Source of the DNA: an uncultured Alphaproteobacteria bacterium
Lineage (GTDB): Bacteria > Pseudomonadota > Alphaproteobacteria > Rhizobiales > Xanthobacteraceae
Assembly: GCA_963831135.1 (NCBI GenBank)
Contig: CAWHPH010000035.1
Span: 8,704 to 72,703, forward strand
DNA length: 64,000 nt
Direction of reading: 5' to 3'
Shown here piece after piece: positions 59,486 to 64,000 of the stretch; the first letter of the stretch is position 1; each line of letters starts with the position of its first letter. Below the pieces are notes generated by a model, which did no database searches, was not told where the DNA came from, and saw nothing but the letters and a program-made list of their open reading frames with translations. Both the position numbers and the translations under genes were made by a program.

Positions 59486-60536
59486 ATGCCCGCCTTCGCC
59501 TCCTTCGCCGACCTGCGCGCCGTCTGCCTCGACCTGCCGAGCGGCCATCCCGCCGCGAGCCTTGCCGTCGCCATGCGCGAGGACACGCTGACCAAGCCGC
59601 CGAAAAGCCTCGGCCGGCTGGAGGAGCTCGTAGCCTTCCTCGCCCATTGGCAGGGCCACGCGCCGCCGCGGCTTGATCGCACCGAGGTGCTGGTCTTCGC
59701 CGGCAATCACGGTGTCACCAGACAGGGCGTCTCCGCCTATCCCGCCGAGGTCACCGCGCAGATGGTGGCGAATTTTTCGCACGGCGGCGCCGCCATCAAC
59801 CAGCTCGCCGCGCGCCGCAGGTGCCGCGCTCCGCGTCATTCCGCTGCAACTCGACGCGCCCACCGCCGACTTTACGGAGAGCCCTGCGCTCACCGAAGCC
59901 GAATTCCTTGCCGCCGTCGCCGCCGGCCATGACGCCGTGTCGCCGGACAGCGATCTGATTTGCCTCGGCGAAATGGGCATCGGCAACACCACGGCGGCCG
60001 CGGCGCTCGCGGCCGCGTCCTTCGGCGGCGGCGGCGCGCGCTGGGCCGGCCGCGGCACCGGCGTCGACGACGACGGGCTTGCCAGAAAGCGCGACGTCAT
60101 CGACCGCGCGCTCGATCGTCACTCCGGCCTGCTCGACGATCCGCTCCGCATCGCCGCGGCCTTCGGCGGCCGCGAGCTTGCCGCCATTCTCGGCGCCACG
60201 CTTGCCGCCCGCCGCCACAGCATTCCGGTGCTGCTCGACGGCTTTGTCTGCACGGCTGCTGTTGCGCCGCTCTACCGGCTGCGCACCGATACTCTTGCCC
60301 ATGCAATTGCCGGCCACGTCTCGGCGGAAGCCGGCCACCGCATGCTGCTCGATGAGTTGAAATTGAAGCCGCTGCTCGATCTCGACATGCGGCTCGGCGA
60401 AGCCTCCGGCGCCGCCACGGCGTTGCTCATTCTGCGCGCCGCGCTCGCCTGCCACACCGGCATGGCGACGTTCGCCGAAGCCGGCGTCTCCGACAAGCCG
60501 GCCGACGAGAGCGCCGAGCCGAAGGCGGCGGGGTAG
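59486..60536 (+). pseudogene. cobT: nicotinate-nucleotide--dimethylbenzimidazole phosphoribosyltransferase with a frame break near 59815
   Basis: ORF 59099..59932 carries [14 protein letters not shown]...FAGNHGV...[13 protein letters not shown] 59673..60536 carries LRVIPLQL...GEMGIGNTTAAAAL...MRLGEASGAA. Confidence 0.85.
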
Positions 60537-60585
60537 TTTCTTTTCTCCCCCCTTTAGGGGAGGAAAGATTTCGCGCGTCGACGCG

Positions 60586-60756
60586 GTTCACACGAACACG
60601 ATTGAAGGCTTCTGGAGCATCTTCAAGCGTGGCGTGGTCGGCACGTCCCGCAAAATGAGCGCCAATATATGCCGCTGTACGTCGCAGAGTTTCAGCTCCG
60701 CTACAATATCCCGCAGTAACGCCAGTATGTTCGGAAGCGCGATAACAGGCTGCTGA
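60586..60756 (+). pseudogene. C-terminal remnant of an IS1595-family transposase
   Basis: Hand-translated VHTNTIEGFWSIFKRGVVGTSRKMSA..., then YMPLYVAEFQLRYN only in a shifted frame, returning to ...ASMFGSAITGC*. Confidence 0.7.
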
Positions 60757-60923
60757 GGCGTGGTCACCGGCGTCCGTTTCAGCTAAAGGAAAACGAGGCC
60801 AGCGGGCGGATGCAATCAGAGTTGCCGTTTGAGGATCATCGGCGATGTCTCCGACGCGGCTAAATCACAAGGGCAATTAGCTGTACGCAACCCGCGACTA
60901 TCAGAATCGCCGTCTGCCAAAGA

Positions 60924-61616
60924 TTGGTTGATCCTATGTCCACTGAGTTTTGGCTAAATAATTTAGAATCAGCCAAATGGGTATTTGTAGTCGCATATGT
61001 GGTTGCAACGATTGGCGTTACGATGATAGGGGTGCATTGGGAAGGTGAGCACTTCGCAAAACCAAAGCAGTCATTAGGGCATAGGCTGGTAGTTTGGTCA
61101 CTTGCCGCAGATACGCTATTCACCATTCTCATATTTGCTACCGACGGATGGATTAGCCAAATCCAAAAATCCCAGATTGCCGAGGCTGTGAATCGAGCCG
61201 CCAAAGCTGAAGAGACTTTAGTTGCATATCGAAAGCAACGGTACTTAACCCAAGGCCAAAAGGATCGAATTGCTCGGGTAACTAAGGATTTTCCGTCCAT
61301 TCCATTCGTGGCATTTACAGCGCTAGAATAAGAGAACTGGACTTTCGTATTGGATATAGCGTCTGCCCTCAGAGATGGCGGCTGGAATTGGATGGCGGTT
61401 CCGGGCGGATTGCAGGCAAGAGACCCGAGTCTTCCAAGTGAAGGAAAAACTATCGCCGACCATGTTGTCGTCATGGCCCCCAAAGGATTGGAAGAGGCAG
61501 GAAAAGCGCTAGTGAATGCCCTTACGGACCCGGCCGTTATCGACATGGATGTGGGTGAGGTCCAGTTAGAGCTTAATAGCAGCGTCATGACCATTGTCGT
61601 GGGCAACAAGAGATAG
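60924..61616 (+). pseudogene. AT-rich hypothetical membrane-anchored protein interrupted by an in-frame TAA (61329-61331)
   Basis: ORFs 60924..61331 and 61350..61616 are in the same frame (both coordinates divisible by 3). GC is visibly lower than in the flanks. Confidence 0.45.
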
Positions 61617-61798
61617 CGCTGCGTTAATGCAGCAAGCTACGCTGCGGCTGATCCCGGATTTCGCTACCGCTCAATCCGAGCTACTCGCCATCCCCGATTC
61701 GTCCGAATTTGTTGAGCCGCGAATCGGCCAGACGTCGGGCCAATCACTCAGCTTCAGCTAAGAAGGACCGCAATCATCCGGTATAGGCCGCAGGGTGC

Positions 61799-62048
61799 CT
61801 AATTGTCGCCGCCGCTGCGCTTGAGCAGCGTGGGGTCGTCCTTATGGATTTTGATGAGATCGATGAGATTTCTCGATTCCGAAGTCGGTGAAGGCCATCG
61901 CGCCATCGTCGCCGACCCGGTAGACCCATATCACGCCGGCTTCGACGTCCATTTCGTTGGCGACGTCGGATAGCCAGTCCTCGTTTTCGCCGAGGTCCTT
62001 GGCGAGGCGGTTAATCGTGGTGACGTGATGTACCTTATTGACGTGCAT
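61799..62048 (-). pseudogene. small conserved-looking ORF coupled to IS66 tnpC, apparent 1-nt indel in an AAA run
   Basis: MHVNKVHHVTTINRLAKDL...FTDFGIE. Removing one A from gagaaatc near 61868 would continue as NLIDLIKIHKDDPTLLKRSGGDN*. The start lies 2 nt after the tnpC stop. Confidence 0.45.
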
Positions 62049-62050
62049 GA

Positions 62051-63736
62051 TCAGGCGGCCTGAGCGGCAAAGGCTGATGCTCGCGGCGTCCAGTTCCACG
62101 GCAGCAACTCATCCAATCGATGCGCAGGATGAGTTGCGATACGGGCGAGCACGTCGGCGAGCCAGGCCTGAGGATCGACGTCGTTCAGCTTGGCCGTCAC
62201 GATCAGCGTGGCCATGACCGCGGCGCGGTCGGCTCCGCGATCGGAGCCTGCGAACAGCCAGGATTTCCGCCCCAGCGCAAAGCCACGCAGGGCGCGCTCG
62301 GCCGCATTGTTGGTCAGGCAGACCCTGCCATCTCCGATGAAGCGGGCAAACCAGTCCCACCGCTTGAGCATGTAGTCGATCGGCCCGGCGACGAAGGCCG
62401 AGCGCGACATGCGGGAACGCTGTTCCCGTAGCCAGGTTTCCAGTTCGGCGAGAACAGGCGCACTCTGTTCCTTGCGGATACGCAGACGCTCATCGGCGGC
62501 AAGGCCGTTGATGCCGCGCTCGATGTCGAACAACACGTCAATACGCCTGACCGCCTCCAGTGCGACCGGCGAGATTGCCGCCGCGTTCTTGCCGCGCCGT
62601 GCATTGGCGGCAATGTCGGCCAGTTCGAAGAACTGCCGCCTGGCATGGGCCCAGCATAGTGCGGGCGTGATCGCCCTCGGCTTGCGCGATGGATCGTAGA
62701 GCGCGTTATAGCCGCCATAGGCGTCAGCCTGCAGGATACCGGTGAAGCCTTGAAGATGCCGCACGGGATGCTCGTGCCGCCGGTCGCGCGAGGCGTAATA
62801 GAGCGCCGCCGGCGGCGCATGGCCGCCAAAGGGACGATCGTCCCGGACGTAGGTCCAGATGTGCCCTTTGACCGTCTTGCCCTTCGCCAGGATCGGCACC
62901 GTGGTGTCGTCGCCGTGCAGCCGGTCGGCGACCAGGACATGGGCCTCGATCAGCGCATGGAGCGGCCGCAAGACCATAGCGCAGGCGCCGACCTGATCGG
63001 CCAGCGTCGAGACGCTGAGATCAATGCCCTCCCGGGCATAGCGCTCGCTCTGGCGGTTGAGCGGCTGGTGCTGCCCGAACTTCTCGAACAGGATCATGGC
63101 CAGCAGGTTCGGCCCGGCAAAGCCGCGCGGCGTCACATGGAAGGGTGCCGGCGGCTGCGTGATCGTCTCGCAACTCCGGCACGAGAACTTCTCCCGCACC
63201 GTCTGGATCACCTTCCACTGCCGCGGGATGACCTCCAGCGTCTCGGTGATGTCCTCACCCAGCTTGGACAGCTTCGCCGACCCGCAGCAGGGACAGCTCT
63301 CCGGCGCGGCCATCACCACGCGCTCGCGGGGCAGATGATCGGGAAACGGCTTGCGCGCAGGCCGCTTGCGCTCGAACGATTTGACCGTCTGGGTCCGGCC
63401 CGCCGCATTCTCGGCCGCCAACTCGTCCTCGGTCGCTGCCGCTTCCAGATCTTCGAGTTGAAGCTCCATCTGATCCAGCAGCCGCGCCGTGCGCTCCGAA
63501 CGCGTCCCATAGAGCTCTCGCCGCAGTTTCTCGATCGCCAGCTTGAGATGGGCGATCAGGGCTTCGCTGCTGGAAAGATCCGCCTGTGCATTGGCCGCTT
63601 CGGCCTTGGCGACCGCGGCATTGGCCTCGGCAACTGCAGCATTGGCCTCAGCCTTGAGGCGCGCATGGCGCTCCGCGAGGATCATCGCATGCGCGGCGGC
63701 GAGATCGGACGGAAGCGATTCAGCAGCGTCTTTCAT
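62051..63736 (-). CDS. tnpC: IS66-family transposase (TnpC)
   Basis: 561 aa. CPCCGSAKLSKLGEDITETLEVIPRQWKVIQ...HGDDTTVPIL...LQADAYGGYN. Confidence 0.92.
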   Translation of the reverse strand: MKDAAESLPSDLAAAHAMILAERHARLKAEANAAVAEANAAVAKAEAANAQADLSSSEALIAHLKLAIEKLRRELYGTRSERTARLLDQMELQLEDLEAAATEDELAAENAAGRTQTVKSFERKRPARKPFPDHLPRERVVMAAPESCPCCGSAKLSKLGEDITETLEVIPRQWKVIQTVREKFSCRSCETITQPPAPFHVTPRGFAGPNLLAMILFEKFGQHQPLNRQSERYAREGIDLSVSTLADQVGACAMVLRPLHALIEAHVLVADRLHGDDTTVPILAKGKTVKGHIWTYVRDDRPFGGHAPPAALYYASRDRRHEHPVRHLQGFTGILQADAYGGYNALYDPSRKPRAITPALCWAHARRQFFELADIAANARRGKNAAAISPVALEAVRRIDVLFDIERGINGLAADERLRIRKEQSAPVLAELETWLREQRSRMSRSAFVAGPIDYMLKRWDWFARFIGDGRVCLTNNAAERALRGFALGRKSWLFAGSDRGADRAAVMATLIVTAKLNDVDPQAWLADVLARIATHPAHRLDELLPWNWTPRASAFAAQAA

Positions 63737-63780
63737 GAGAAGATGGAATCACATCCGCCGCGACCTGCAAGCAAAAACTG

Positions 63781-64000
63781 TCAGCCGACCGAGGTCGGAC
63801 GCCAGGTTTCCTGCGGATGGCGCCAGTCGATCCCGGAGAGCAGGTAACCGAGCTGCGCGGAGGAGATTGTCACCGCACCGTCGGCCGCGCTCGGCCACAG
63901 GAAGCGGCCCCGCTCCAGCCGCTTGGTAAACAGGCACGCACCCTGGCCGTCATGCCAGATCACCTTCAAGAGACCGCCGCTGCGTCCACGAAAACAAAAC
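63781..64000 (-). CDS. tnpB: IS66-family accessory protein TnpB (partial; runs off the window)
   Basis: ...LKVIWHDGQGACLFTKRLERGRFLWP...IDWRHP. The frame is open to position 64000. Confidence 0.85.
   Translation of the reverse strand, partial: FCFRGRSGGLLKVIWHDGQGACLFTKRLERGRFLWPSAADGAVTISSAQLGYLLSGIDWRHPQETWRPTSVG

Larger units (their letters stand above)
61799..64000 (-). mobile_element. IS66-family insertion sequence, partial; ends not identified
   Basis: tnpB-tnpC order. I did not find a terminal inverted repeat in 61620-61800. Confidence 0.7.

Overview
High-GC alphaproteobacterial chromosome segment. It looks Hyphomicrobiales/Rhizobiales-like (phaR/phaA/phaB, class I LysRS, cobS/cobT, many REP-like palindromes); the taxon call is from memory and low confidence.

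Layout:
- 1-2.6 kb: DUF1993 and a cyclase-TPR gene.
- ~2.6-12.6 kb: a decayed defence/mobility island. It holds a serine recombinase, a frameshifted MmeI-like type IIL enzyme, a BrnT toxin fused to a BrnA stub, a multiply frameshifted helicase with a T5orf172 GIY-YIG nuclease, and a tyrosine integrase. It ends at the 3' end of tRNA-Gly(CCC) (12615-12689, minus).
- 12.7-30.4 kb: a 17.7-kb capsid-less phage-like integrative element, bracketed by a perfect 42-bp direct repeat that is the 5' half of the same tRNA. It carries an Xis-like HTH, about 20 small coupled ORFs, an SF3 helicase-like protein, DUF3631, a 0.9-kb repeat-rich noncoding hub, a four-gene RHH/Mrr-like/methylase/HNH operon and a frameshifted integrase.
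- 30.6-60.5 kb: core genes. These include PaaI, a hydrolase, LysR, patatin, lysK, pyrD, gloB, phaBAR, rpmF, mtgA, maeB, an ABC pair and cobS/cobT. Interruptions are a RelE/Phd module with an unusual 11-bp repeat leader and a degenerate RM cassette between rpmF and mtgA.
- 60.5-64 kb: an IS1595 remnant, an AT-rich ORF with an in-frame stop, and a partial IS66.

No rRNA genes or CRISPR arrays were seen. Reading-frame breaks occur in both accessory and core genes, so assembly indel error cannot be separated from real decay using the sequence alone. The candidates I rank highest for novelty are the two-nuclease RM-like operon, the helicase/T5orf172 pair, the 5'-half tRNA att arrangement and the iteron-rich noncoding hub. 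All domain calls are pattern recognition from memory; no searches were run.
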